Source: Thermoplasmata archaeon (GTDB taxonomy: Archaea; Thermoplasmatota; Thermoplasmata; UBA10834). Taken from it: DNA of 64,000 nucleotides. Shown here piece by piece: positions 27,873-37,197 of this stretch. Positions within the stretch are counted from its first letter, which is position 1, and every line of letters begins with the position of its first letter. The notes beneath the pieces were generated by a model, which saw only the letters and a program-made list of their open reading frames with translations, had not been told where the DNA came from and searched no databases. A program made the translations under genes and the position numbers. Location: the NCBI GenBank assembly GCA_041554135.1, contig JBFFML010000003.1, positions 2,858 through 66,857 of the forward strand, given 5' to 3'.

Positions 27873-28651
27873 GACACCACCTTCGTGAACACCTCTTCGA
27901 TGTTCTCCGCCCCGTGGCGGTCTTTCAGCTCCGTCGGCGTGCCGAGCTCCACTATCCTGCCGTCGTTGATCAGGGCTATCCGGTCGCACATCAGCTCGAC
28001 CTCGAGCATGTTGTGCGACGACAGCAGTACCGTCGTACCACGTCGAGACGTGTCCTTGACGACCTTCCTTATCTCCTGGGCATTCAGAACGTCCAGGCCG
28101 GAGGTGAGCTCGTCGAGCACGGCTATCCGTGGCTCGATCATGAGCGCTCTGGCCACCAACAGTCTGCGGGTCATACCCTTGCTGTAGGTGTCGACCTTGT
28201 CGCGCATCCTGTCGCCGAGGCTGGCTATCTCTACGCCCTTGGACACAATCCTCTCGACCTCCGCGTGGTCGTCCGCGAAGAATCGCGCTATGAACTGCAG
28301 GTACTCATCGCCCGTCAGGTTCTTGTACGCTCCGGCGTCCTCCGGAAGATAGCTGAGCATCTTCCTCGCCTCGTGGGGCTCTCGCGAGATGTCCGTGCCG
28401 AAGATCGAAACCGAGCCGGAGGAGATCTGCAGTATCGTCGATATGATTCTCAACGCCGTCGTCTTGCCAGCGCCGTTTGGCCCGATGAGCCCGAACACCT
28501 CTCCCCTCTTCACGGTGAAGGATATCCCCTTCAACGCGCGGAACTCACCGTAGTCTTTCACGAGTTCAGAGACCACGAGCGCGAGACCATCCGCGCCAGC
28601 CACGCCGATGCCCCGTCCGTTTGACTGCATGCTGCCTCCTCGGGATTCCAC
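27869..28651 (-). CDS. ABC exporter ATP-binding subunit (NatA-like)
   Basis: GPNGAGKTT, YSKGM signature, LDELTSGLD, SSH. Confidence 0.92.
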   Translation of the reverse strand: MESRGGSMQSNGRGIGVAGADGLALVVSELVKDYGEFRALKGISFTVKRGEVFGLIGPNGAGKTTALRIISTILQISSGSVSIFGTDISREPHEARKMLSYLPEDAGAYKNLTGDEYLQFIARFFADDHAEVERIVSKGVEIASLGDRMRDKVDTYSKGMTRRLLVARALMIEPRIAVLDELTSGLDVLNAQEIRKVVKDTSRRGTTVLLSSHNMLEVELMCDRIALINDGRIVELGTPTELKDRHGAENIEEVFTKVVS

Positions 28652-28692
28652 CGAGCGTATTTACATATAGCGTAGGAACGCCGAGCCGGCCA

Positions 28693-29748
28693 TCAATACA
28701 TGTCGGCGTACCTGCTCAGAATCGTTATCGCCGTCTCGGTGATCCACATGTCCTTCTCTGGATGTGGTCTCTGCGAGCGATGCCAGAAGCCGTCTCTGGA
28801 CCGGCACTTCAGGAGCCACTCGACGGGCTTCCTCATGCGCTCGTCGTCTGGTCCGTATCCCATGTACGTGAGGATGTCCAAAGCGGTAAGTCCGCTACCC
28901 TGGGACGTCGGATACTTGAGCATCGTCCAGTTCTTCTCCGAATGGTAGAACGAGGTGTGGTGGTTCCTCTTGAAGAACCTGTCCAAGAAGAACTCTGCTC
29001 CGCGCTTGGCCGCCTTCGATGACGAGAGGTCAACGTTCCAAGAGAACGCCCTGACCACCATCATCGTGGTCCATATGCAGCTCGGGACGGAGTCGTACTC
29101 CGAAGGATCGTAGGGCGGGCGCTCGTCGCCCTCGATCAGGTCCCAGAAAGCGCTAGCCTTCATGTGTCTGTAAGCGGGGAGATAACGTACATCCTGAATA
29201 TAGGGTATGTTCCACCCGCCGTCGTGGCGCTGCGTCGAGAGTAGCCATCGAGTCAACCTCTTCGTTCTGGGGTCCTCCTCCATCTCGAACTGCAGGAGGT
29301 TCCTCAGCGCGAAACCGTTGTACTGTGGCATGGGGAATGCCGCAGTCTTCGGACCCAGTATGTATCCTTCTTCGCCCACCCAGCTCAATATGCGCTCCAA
29401 GGCCGTGGGGACATTCCCCTCGCGATTCGAGGTGACGTAGTCTCCCAGGGTGTATAGGTTGTTGAGCATCGTGAGGAATGTCCATCCAACGGGCGGGCCT
29501 GGCCCCCTCCGCTCCTGGGCGTATCTGCTGCTTGAGATGGGCCATGTGCCGTCCTCCCTGAGCGCATTGAGTAGTTTGACCCTCGGAGGGTATGTCGCCG
29601 CGAGCTCCACCGTCCGCTGCACTATCGGGTCGTTCTTGTCCCTTCCCATCATGCCGACGAGTAGATAGTATCGGATCGGGGGCGGCGAGACCTGAAGGAG
29701 CTTGCTCGAGGACTCCTGCACTACCTTTCTTATCTCGTCCAAAGTCAT
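28693..29748 (-). CDS. Prenyltransferase/squalene-cyclase-like repeat protein, function unknown
   Basis: QW-like motifs LREDGTW, WLLSTQRHDGGW, WLLKCRSRDGFW. Confidence 0.65.
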   Translation of the reverse strand: MTLDEIRKVVQESSSKLLQVSPPPIRYYLLVGMMGRDKNDPIVQRTVELAATYPPRVKLLNALREDGTWPISSSRYAQERRGPGPPVGWTFLTMLNNLYTLGDYVTSNREGNVPTALERILSWVGEEGYILGPKTAAFPMPQYNGFALRNLLQFEMEEDPRTKRLTRWLLSTQRHDGGWNIPYIQDVRYLPAYRHMKASAFWDLIEGDERPPYDPSEYDSVPSCIWTTMMVVRAFSWNVDLSSSKAAKRGAEFFLDRFFKRNHHTSFYHSEKNWTMLKYPTSQGSGLTALDILTYMGYGPDDERMRKPVEWLLKCRSRDGFWHRSQRPHPEKDMWITETAITILSRYADMY

Positions 29749-29891
29749 CGCAGATTCCCCCTGAACGCTTACTCGCCAATCTGGTTTTCGGTTCGTGGCC
29801 GGATTTCAGAAAGGTATAAATATCGACGAAACGATAATGACAATCGTCTGACGAAATGCCCTTATTCGTCGGACGACAGGAGGGTCGCCGT

Positions 29892-30206
29892 ATGGTCGAG
29901 TCCGAGAGGGTAACCATCAGGTTACCGCACGAGCGAATATCAGCGCTCCAGGCGCTGGTTGACCAGGGACGGTTCTCGACTCTCTCCGACGCGATCCGCG
30001 CTGCCATAGACAGGTTTGTGGACGGAGAGTTCACGCCCGAGTACATAGAGAAGGTGACGGTCGAGCTGCCCAAGGGGAACGTCGTGAACCTGAAGCAGCT
30101 GGTCCAGGATGGCGACTCGATATCCGTCGACGACGCGATAAGAAACGCGGTCCGCGAATACATACGCGCGAAACTCTCCAAGGCGATGGAAGAGATGGAG
30201 AAATAG
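29892..30206 (+). CDS. Tandem ribbon-helix-helix regulator (CdrS-like)
   Basis: Two RHH units (ERVTIRLP...SDAIRAAI; EKVTVELP...DDAIRNAV) directly upstream of ftsZ. Confidence 0.85.
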   Translation: MVESERVTIRLPHERISALQALVDQGRFSTLSDAIRAAIDRFVDGEFTPEYIEKVTVELPKGNVVNLKQLVQDGDSISVDDAIRNAVREYIRAKLSKAMEEMEK

Positions 30207-30296
30207 GGCCGTCGGAAGCGCGAAGCGGGATGGGGTGCAAGTTGGCCACGCACGTACACATGCACGAGCGAGAGCGCTCAACCGGGGGCGGCTGAA

Positions 30297-31367
30297 ATGC
30301 TCAGCAAGCTCCTCGAAGATGCCCTCCAGAGCGAATGCGGTTTCGAGGCGCATCTCGCACCGAGGATGTGCGTCGTGGGCTGTGGCGGCGGCGGCTCAAA
30401 CAGCGTCCACAGGATCAACGCTATAGGCCTCGAGGGCGTGGACACCATCGCGATCAACACGGACAAGTTCCATCTGTCGAAGGTGAAGGCGAACAAGCGG
30501 CTACTGATCGGCCAGAGATCCACCGGCGGCTACGGCACCGGAGGCGACGCCGAGCTGGGGGAGAAGCTGGCGTTCGAGTTCGCCGAGGAGATAGAATCGC
30601 TGGTGAAGCCATACGACATAGTGTTCATCAGCGCTGGCATGGGCGGGGGCACGGGGACAGGCACAGCGCCGGTCGTGGCCGAGCTCGCCAGGAAGCACGG
30701 CGCGGTGACCGTCGCCCTCGTGACTATACCTTTCGACATCGAGCGGTCGCGTTTCAAGACCGCGTTCAGGGGCATCTCCAAGCTGAGGGACGCTGCCCAC
30801 AGCACGATCATCCTCGACAACAACCGCCTTCTGAAGATCGTCCCCAAGCTGCCGGTCGAGCAGGCGTTCATGGTCATGGACCAGCTCATAGTCGAGGTCG
30901 TCAAGGGCATCACCGAGACGATATGCCAGACGAGCATGATCAACCTCGACTTCGCCGATTTCAGGAACATAATGCTCCAGGGTGGCGCATCGACGGTGCT
31001 CTACGCGGAGAGCGAGGACGCCGAGAAGGTCGTCTTGGAGGCGATCACGAACCCGCTCCTCGACATCGACTTCGACGGCGCGTCGGGGGCGATGATACAC
31101 ATAACCGGCGGTCCTGGTCTATCCCTCCGAAAGGCCTACGAGGTGTTGAACGGCGTCACGGCCAAGCTCGGAAGGAACGCCGCCATAAAACTGGGCGCCA
31201 GAATAGACCCCGATATGGCCAGCACGATAAAGCTCATGGCCATCGTCACGGGCGTACGCCCGCCAGAGGAACGGATGGAGGCGTTCGACAGACGGTCCCA
31301 AGCCCAATTCGCGGATGTCCGGCTAGATAGAGCCGCATCCATGCAATCCTGCGTCACGGAGATCTGA
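30297..31367 (+). CDS. ftsZ: Cell division protein FtsZ (FtsZ2-type)
   Basis: VGCGGGGSN, AGMGGGTGTG, PFDIERSR, NNRLL, INLDFAD. Confidence 0.9.
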   Translation: MLSKLLEDALQSECGFEAHLAPRMCVVGCGGGGSNSVHRINAIGLEGVDTIAINTDKFHLSKVKANKRLLIGQRSTGGYGTGGDAELGEKLAFEFAEEIESLVKPYDIVFISAGMGGGTGTGTAPVVAELARKHGAVTVALVTIPFDIERSRFKTAFRGISKLRDAAHSTIILDNNRLLKIVPKLPVEQAFMVMDQLIVEVVKGITETICQTSMINLDFADFRNIMLQGGASTVLYAESEDAEKVVLEAITNPLLDIDFDGASGAMIHITGGPGLSLRKAYEVLNGVTAKLGRNAAIKLGARIDPDMASTIKLMAIVTGVRPPEERMEAFDRRSQAQFADVRLDRAASMQSCVTEI

Positions 31368-31390
31368 GGCTGAACATAGTTCCTCCCCCC

Positions 31391-31449
31391 AAAAAGGAAA
31401 AACAACAAAGGCAAACACGCGCCCCTCATTTCAACTCACCGAGGGGCGC
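31391..31449 (-). terminator. Hairpin plus U-rich tract between convergent ftsZ2 and trmJ
   Basis: GCGCCCCTC/GAGGGGCGC 9-bp stem followed on the minus strand by GTTTGCCTTTGTTGTTTTTCCTTTTT. Confidence 0.6.
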
Positions 31450-31461
31450 AACCAATTTTCT

Positions 31462-32178
31462 TCATCGTCCACGCCCGGTCTCCTTGGAGCTCCGCTTGGC
31501 CGCCTCATCGAGCACCCCCATCATCGTGTGGAACTCCCATGTCGAGGGCACGGACCTGGCTATCATGCGTCTGAACATCACACGCGTCTTCTTCTTCTTG
31601 TGTTCGGGGTAATCTATCGCGTCCAACAGCTTGGAGAAGTACTCGTTGAGTTTCTCGATCTCCAGCTCGGAGGCTTCCTTGGGTCCCTCTCTGACGATGC
31701 CGTGCGCGAAGAGCTCGTACATCAGGATGGCCGCGGCGTGGCTGATGTTCAGTATGCCGTACTCCGGGTTCGCGGGTATCGTCACGAGGAAATCGCACCG
31801 CCTCACAAGGTCGTTGTCCAGGCCGAAATCCTCCCTGCCGAAGAGCACCGCGATGTTCCCCTCGCACCTGTCGATCTTCTCCGCGAAGGCCTTCGGTGTG
31901 ATGGATATCCTTGAGAATTTCTTGTCGTTCGCCGTGTCTATACCCGAGGTCCCGACTATGTAATCGGTGCCTTCGAGAGCGTCGTCCTCGCGCGCAACGG
32001 TCCTCGCCTTCTTCAGGATGTCGACCCCGTGCATCGAGCGCTTGACCGCCTCCTCGCCTATCTCGCATGGCCTGACCAGTACCAGCTCCTCGAGGCCGAA
32101 GTTCTTCATGGATCTGGCAACGGCTCCGACATTGCCGTCGTTCAGAGACTCGACGAGGACGATTCTTATGTGCGGCAC
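31462..32178 (-). CDS. trmJ: SPOUT tRNA methyltransferase, TrmJ/LasT family
   Basis: GNVGAVARSMKNFG, LFGREDFGL, IPANPEYGILNISHA. Confidence 0.9.
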   Translation of the reverse strand: MPHIRIVLVESLNDGNVGAVARSMKNFGLEELVLVRPCEIGEEAVKRSMHGVDILKKARTVAREDDALEGTDYIVGTSGIDTANDKKFSRISITPKAFAEKIDRCEGNIAVLFGREDFGLDNDLVRRCDFLVTIPANPEYGILNISHAAAILMYELFAHGIVREGPKEASELEIEKLNEYFSKLLDAIDYPEHKKKKTRVMFRRMIARSVPSTWEFHTMMGVLDEAAKRSSKETGRGR

Positions 32179-32230
32179 GGCATTCGCACAGACGAGGCAG
32201 ATATATAACTCTGTACTCGATGGACGCGGC

Positions 32231-33055
32231 GTGAAGCGTGAGCGCAACATCGCGGTCAAGTTGGCCTACGACGGGTCCAAGTTCTTCGGCTTTCAGAGGC
32301 AGCCGGAGAAGTCAACGGTCGAAGGCGCGTTGATAGACGCCTTGTGCGCCATCGGCGCCGTGCGCTCCGCGGAGGAGAGTTCGTTCCGCAGCTCCAGCAG
32401 GACTGACAGAGGCGTGAGCGCGGTCGGCAATGTCGTCTCGTTCAGGACGGCGTTTCCATTGAGGTCGTTGTGCTCGGCGGCCAACTCGGAGCTCAGAGAC
32501 GCCTGGGTCTACGCCGTCGCCGAGGTGCCGGACGAGTTCAACCCGAGATGGGCGAGGCAGAGATGGTACCGTTACCATCTCCCGAGGCAAGAGCAGGACG
32601 TCGCCGCCATGAGGGAGATCGCCTCGGAGTTCGAGGGCACGCACGATTTCTCGCACTTCTGCAGAAAGGACCACAGAAACCCGGTCCGCAAGATCGATTC
32701 GATCGGGATATCGGAACTCGGTGACATGATGGTCATCGATCTCAGGGCCGAGAGCTTCCTGTGGAACATGGTGCGCAGGATCGTATGGGTCCTGGACGCC
32801 GCATCGAAGGGGCTGGTCGAGCGTGCCGTCGCCAGCCCCGAGGCTGGGCACAGGCTCGCCCGGACCGGCCTCGCGCCAGCGGCCGGGCTGGTGCTCATGG
32901 ACGTCGATTGCGGTGTTGATTTCGTTGTCGACGGGAAAGCGGCTCAGGCGGTCGCCTCCACGATCAGGGCGACGCTCGTGGAGGCGAGTGTTAGACGGGA
33001 GTTCTCGATGCGGCTGCTCGAAGCGGTGTGCTCGGCCAAGGATTGTGAAGGTTGA
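32231..33055 (+). CDS. truA: tRNA pseudouridine(38-40) synthase
   Basis: AYDGSKFFGFQRQP, SRTDRGVSA, GTHDFSHF, FLWNMVRRIV. Confidence 0.92.
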   Translation: MKRERNIAVKLAYDGSKFFGFQRQPEKSTVEGALIDALCAIGAVRSAEESSFRSSSRTDRGVSAVGNVVSFRTAFPLRSLCSAANSELRDAWVYAVAEVPDEFNPRWARQRWYRYHLPRQEQDVAAMREIASEFEGTHDFSHFCRKDHRNPVRKIDSIGISELGDMMVIDLRAESFLWNMVRRIVWVLDAASKGLVERAVASPEAGHRLARTGLAPAAGLVLMDVDCGVDFVVDGKAAQAVASTIRATLVEASVRREFSMRLLEAVCSAKDCEG

Positions 33056-33082
33056 TATCGCTTGGAGCGGTTGTCCAATCAG

Positions 33083-33595
33083 ATGAAGGCGGCTCTCACG
33101 GGCACACCAGGAACGGGGAAGTCCAGCGCCGCGGCGCTCGTCACGACCATCGGCGTGATGAGCGTCCGTCAGCTAGCGGACGATTCCGGGGCGTCTTCTC
33201 GGACCGACGGAGGGGAGTCCGTCGAGGTGGACGTCGAGGTGGTGGCCCGTGCCCTGGACGGTATCGAGGACGACCTGCTCGTCGAAGGACATCTGGCGCA
33301 CTTGCTCGGAGTCGATCTCGCGGTTGTGCTGCGCTGCTCACCGAAGGTGCTCGGGGAGCGGTTGGCGGGAAGAGGCTACGCGGAAGCGAAGGTCAGGGAG
33401 AACATCGAGGCCGAAGCCGTCGATGTGATATTGGTCGAAGCGCTGGAGATCGTGCCCACCGTATGCGAGATAGACACGACACGCCTGTCGCCCGCCGAGG
33501 TGGCCAAATCTGTCGAGGAGATATTGGCCGGAGAAAGTGAGAAATATCCAGTGGGTCATGTTGACTGGAGCCAGGAGGTCTTGGGCTGGTTCTAG
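33083..33595 (+). CDS. Adenylate kinase, AK6/Fap7 family
   Basis: LTGTPGTGKS, VEGHLAH, RGYAEAKVRENIEAE. Confidence 0.9.
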   Translation: MKAALTGTPGTGKSSAAALVTTIGVMSVRQLADDSGASSRTDGGESVEVDVEVVARALDGIEDDLLVEGHLAHLLGVDLAVVLRCSPKVLGERLAGRGYAEAKVRENIEAEAVDVILVEALEIVPTVCEIDTTRLSPAEVAKSVEEILAGESEKYPVGHVDWSQEVLGWF

Positions 33596-34206
33596 ATGGG
33601 TATCGCGAAGAGGCCGATCAGCTGCTGTCGCCGGCAGCGAAGAGACTGTCGTCCGTGAACCCGAACCATCTGTCCGCGGTGTCCCTCGTCTTCGCGCTTC
33701 TCGCAGGCATCTTCTTCGCGCAGGAGCCTTCGCACTTCCTTTTGTTGGGTGCGCTCATGGTCTCCGCGAACGGCCTCCTGGACGCCTTGGACGGCAAGGT
33801 CGCCAGGCTGAGGGCGACTGAGTCGAAGCGTGGCGATTTCGTGGACCACGTTATCGACCGCTACGCCGACGTCTTCATCCTCGCGGGCGTCGCCCTGAGC
33901 GTGCACTGCTCGGTATTCGTGGGCCTCTTCGCCGTGATTGGCGTGATGCTGTCCAGCTACATGGGAACGCAGGCACAGGCCCTCGGCCTCAAGAGGCAGT
34001 ACGGCGGCATACTCGGAAGGGCGGACCGACTGGCGCTCCTGATAATCGTCCCTCTGGTGCAGTACATGTTCATGGTCGCCGACCTGGGCATCGGCGAGGA
34101 CCTGCTAGGCTTCTCCCTCGTAGGATGGATGATGATGTACTTCGGCATCGCGGGGAACGTCACCGCCGTCCAGCGCGCGCATCTGATCTGGAAGGCTTTG
34201 TCCTGA
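33586..34206 (+). CDS. CDP-alcohol phosphatidyltransferase (archaetidylinositol-phosphate synthase-like)
   Basis: DALDGKVAR...GDFVDHVIDRYAD; frame extends to CTG at 33586 (LVLDGYR...) with SD GGAGGT. Confidence 0.9.
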   Translation: MVLDGYREEADQLLSPAAKRLSSVNPNHLSAVSLVFALLAGIFFAQEPSHFLLLGALMVSANGLLDALDGKVARLRATESKRGDFVDHVIDRYADVFILAGVALSVHCSVFVGLFAVIGVMLSSYMGTQAQALGLKRQYGGILGRADRLALLIIVPLVQYMFMVADLGIGEDLLGFSLVGWMMMYFGIAGNVTAVQRAHLIWKALS

Positions 34207-35296
34207 CCTTGCCGCGCCCCCTGCCCGGTCTCTTCCCCTTGACGCGGTAGTAGGTGAGAGGATGGGTCATCCAGTCCCTGTCGCAAAGGTCGTCGGGGTC
34301 GAAGCATATGCCGTAGCTCTTCATCGTGCTGCACTCCGGCGGGGTGTATTCGGTACCCGAGATCTCGCCGGTTATGTGCTGTATCTGGTACCTGCTCTTG
34401 CTCTCGTCGAAGTCGGCTGACGCGGCGAACGTCGAGAGTATCGTCTCGGAGTCCATGCCGAGCGTGTGCAAGAACGCGACTATCGCGAACCTCCCCGTGT
34501 GCGGCACGTTCTCGCCGCGACGTATCATCTCGAGGAGCGCCTTCATGCACGGGGGGAATCTCACTATGCTCACGCGCCCGAAGTCCTTCTCCGGGTGTTC
34601 CGCCCTCTTCTCCTCGAGCGCCCTCCTTATCTCCTCGATGTCCTCGGCGAACGTCTCGAGGATGGCGTCGTTGACGGGCAGCGGCAGCTCCGAGGCTATC
34701 TTGTCGGTTATCATCTGCTCGACAAGTCGTATCAGCTTTCCCTCGGAGACCAGCGTCGTGCCTTCTCGGACCTCCTGGTTGACAAGCTTCCAGGACTTGC
34801 TCTTCATCGAGGACGAGTACCTCAGGAAGTCGGCGAAGTCGACCGCGAGCGATCCATCGATGTCCCGTATCTGCAGGCCGAGCTCCTCCGCCACCCGCAT
34901 CACGAAAGGCTCGACGCGGTCCCCCGCGGGCTTCCGGTCTCTCTTCGCCCCGCGGTCTTTGGCGCTCTCGGCATCGGCCGTCAGCCTTGAGTTCGCGAGC
35001 TTCGCCTCGGCGATGGCGTAGCGGCGGATGAACTTCTCGTCGCCGAGGCACGAGACGAGCATCCTCGCGACCGGGTAGCTGAGCAGCTCGTTCATGGCGT
35101 CCGCCTCGGAGGTCATCGGGCGGTCGACGACCTTGGGGAACTCTATCGCCTCGAGGACCCGTTCCTTCCCGAGCGCACGTGCCCGCTCGTACGCGATGCT
35201 CGACATGAGGCTATCGAGCGTCACGCCTTCCTCCTTGAGCAGCTCCGAGGAACCTCTCAGGAACGGGTACCTCGCCGCGAGCTTCGTGTCTATCAT
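34160..35296 (-). CDS. priL: DNA primase large subunit
   Basis: RYPFL, FPPCM, PHTGRFA, YQIQHI, YTPPECSTMKSYGIC, HPLTYY. Confidence 0.93.
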   Translation of the reverse strand: MIDTKLAARYPFLRGSSELLKEEGVTLDSLMSSIAYERARALGKERVLEAIEFPKVVDRPMTSEADAMNELLSYPVARMLVSCLGDEKFIRRYAIAEAKLANSRLTADAESAKDRGAKRDRKPAGDRVEPFVMRVAEELGLQIRDIDGSLAVDFADFLRYSSSMKSKSWKLVNQEVREGTTLVSEGKLIRLVEQMITDKIASELPLPVNDAILETFAEDIEEIRRALEEKRAEHPEKDFGRVSIVRFPPCMKALLEMIRRGENVPHTGRFAIVAFLHTLGMDSETILSTFAASADFDESKSRYQIQHITGEISGTEYTPPECSTMKSYGICFDPDDLCDRDWMTHPLTYYRVKGKRPGRGRGKVRTKPSRSDARAGRR

Positions 35297-35349
35297 CTGA
35301 GCAACGCCGGGCTGGGATGAATCGGCCGGTCGATACTATAAGTTGACTG

Positions 35350-36984
35350 TTACCCTTTGCATTCGCCGCGCACCGTCAGGTGCCCCTTGGCCACCAGCGC
35401 GTCCTCCCCCAACAGCCGCCAGAGCCCGTCATCGTCCTCGAACGGGCGGTTCCTCACGATCGCCATGGCCCTTTTCCTGCCGATGCCTGGGACGGCCTCG
35501 AGCATCGAGAGTGTCGCGACGTTCGCGTCCGTCGGATGGAGGATGGCCCTGACGCTTCGCGGCCCTCTGCCCGTCACAGCGACGTCGACCCATCGCCCAG
35601 GTTCGAAGGGATAGGGCAGGCCCACCAGTATGGGGTACGATCCCACTTGCCTGCCGAAGGTCCTTCCGCCCTCCCTCAGCTCGGTGTACACGTCGGTTAG
35701 GATCGTGCCGTCGGGCACCAGCTTCTCCAGCATCGGCAGGTCGACCTCCTCCCTGACGGATCGCTTGAACGCGGCGAACTCACGCCTCAGGCGCACGCCC
35801 GGGAACTCCTGGCGCGACGGGATGACCTGGCGTATGTTGATCCGTCTCAGGAGGAGTCCATCCGAGGCCACCCTCCGCAGGAACTCCAGGTTCGCTGCGT
35901 ATGTGTGCTTCGTCTCGCCGACCAGTCCGCAGATGAAGTTTATGCCGGGCAGCACTCGTGGCAGGCCCGTGGGGCCCCTCTCCCGGCCCACCTCGTTCAC
36001 TATGCGTATGGCCTCCATCGTGCGGTCCGCGTCGGCGTTCAGGTTGTTCGCCTTGGCGACCGCCGGGTCGGCGCTCTCGAGGCCGAAGGCGACCACATTG
36101 CCGCTCGTGCAGTGCTCGGCTATGGCCTTCGTGACATCCCTCGCCTCTGTTGGATGCTCCGCGATCACCGCCGGGTTCGCGTTGTCCAGGTGGAAGACTT
36201 TGGGTCTCGCCTGGCTCGATATGGCTCTCAACAGCTTCCCGATGACCTCCGCGTCTGGTCTCGGCGTCTCCGTCTCGTTGACGCCCTCGGCCTTGTACGA
36301 GTAGACGCATGTCTGCGCGCCTAGGCGGAGATGCTCGACGCCGACGCCCGCCAGAGCGACGGCCTCTCCGAGTATGTCCTTGGGTTCGCGGAACTCCACC
36401 TCGCCTTGGAGCGGCTCGATGCAGAACCTGCAGCCTCCGGAGATGTGCCTCACGCAGCCCCTGTACATCTGTATCTCGGCGATCAACGGGCCGCCGTGGT
36501 CGGGGTGTGCTTGACAGGCCCTCGCCCCCCTGAGCGACCACGCCCTCCACTCCTCTTGCGTGCGCCTCCGCTCAGACACGGCCCCTGAATCGACGAAATC
36601 GAAGGCGAACGCGTCCGGGTCGCCTGAGACGACGTGGTCGTAAGCAGCCGCAAGCCCGTCAGGCACTGCGCTGCGCGGCGTTCCGAGGCTCAAGAAGCTC
36701 CTCCCCGCGAACCGCCTCCCTATCTCTACGAGCTCCCTGTCGCTGGCGGGCATGCCACGGAGATACTTGCCAGGCACCGCCACATGGCGTATGGCCATCA
36801 GGACATCGAAGCGACCAAGGTCGGCACAGCCGCTCCTCCACCCGTCGATGGTGCGGTAGCCGACATCCGCTCCGGCGGCTTCCATGGCCCCGAAGGCCAG
36901 CCTCGCGTAAGGCGATATGAACGGGGGCACACCGAGGCAAGACGGCTCATCCGTGTATCCGTCCAACACGACGGCTTTCGTCAT
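35350..36984 (-). CDS. Radical SAM protein with C-terminal TRAM-like and helix-hairpin-helix regions (COG1031-like)
   Basis: RGCVRHISGGCRFC (CX7CX2C); LEAVPGIGRKRAMAIVRNRPF HhH. Confidence 0.85.
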   Translation of the reverse strand: MTKAVVLDGYTDEPSCLGVPPFISPYARLAFGAMEAAGADVGYRTIDGWRSGCADLGRFDVLMAIRHVAVPGKYLRGMPASDRELVEIGRRFAGRSFLSLGTPRSAVPDGLAAAYDHVVSGDPDAFAFDFVDSGAVSERRRTQEEWRAWSLRGARACQAHPDHGGPLIAEIQMYRGCVRHISGGCRFCIEPLQGEVEFREPKDILGEAVALAGVGVEHLRLGAQTCVYSYKAEGVNETETPRPDAEVIGKLLRAISSQARPKVFHLDNANPAVIAEHPTEARDVTKAIAEHCTSGNVVAFGLESADPAVAKANNLNADADRTMEAIRIVNEVGRERGPTGLPRVLPGINFICGLVGETKHTYAANLEFLRRVASDGLLLRRINIRQVIPSRQEFPGVRLRREFAAFKRSVREEVDLPMLEKLVPDGTILTDVYTELREGGRTFGRQVGSYPILVGLPYPFEPGRWVDVAVTGRGPRSVRAILHPTDANVATLSMLEAVPGIGRKRAMAIVRNRPFEDDDGLWRLLGEDALVAKGHLTVRGECKG

Positions 36985-37197
36985 GGTCGACGGGCGTATC
37001 GCTCGACGTCGTTATATGGTTCTCCGGTCGGACACCGTTGCGCTCTGAACCCCTCAAGTAACATGGCAACGTATTAATCCGCCGAATTAATCTCCAAGAA
37101 CGGCACGCAGCATAAGGAAGCCGTTACAAAGTTGTCAGAAATCGGAATAACTCGCAACGACTTTCGAAGCACACCGTGAGATGAGGGGTCGAATCGG

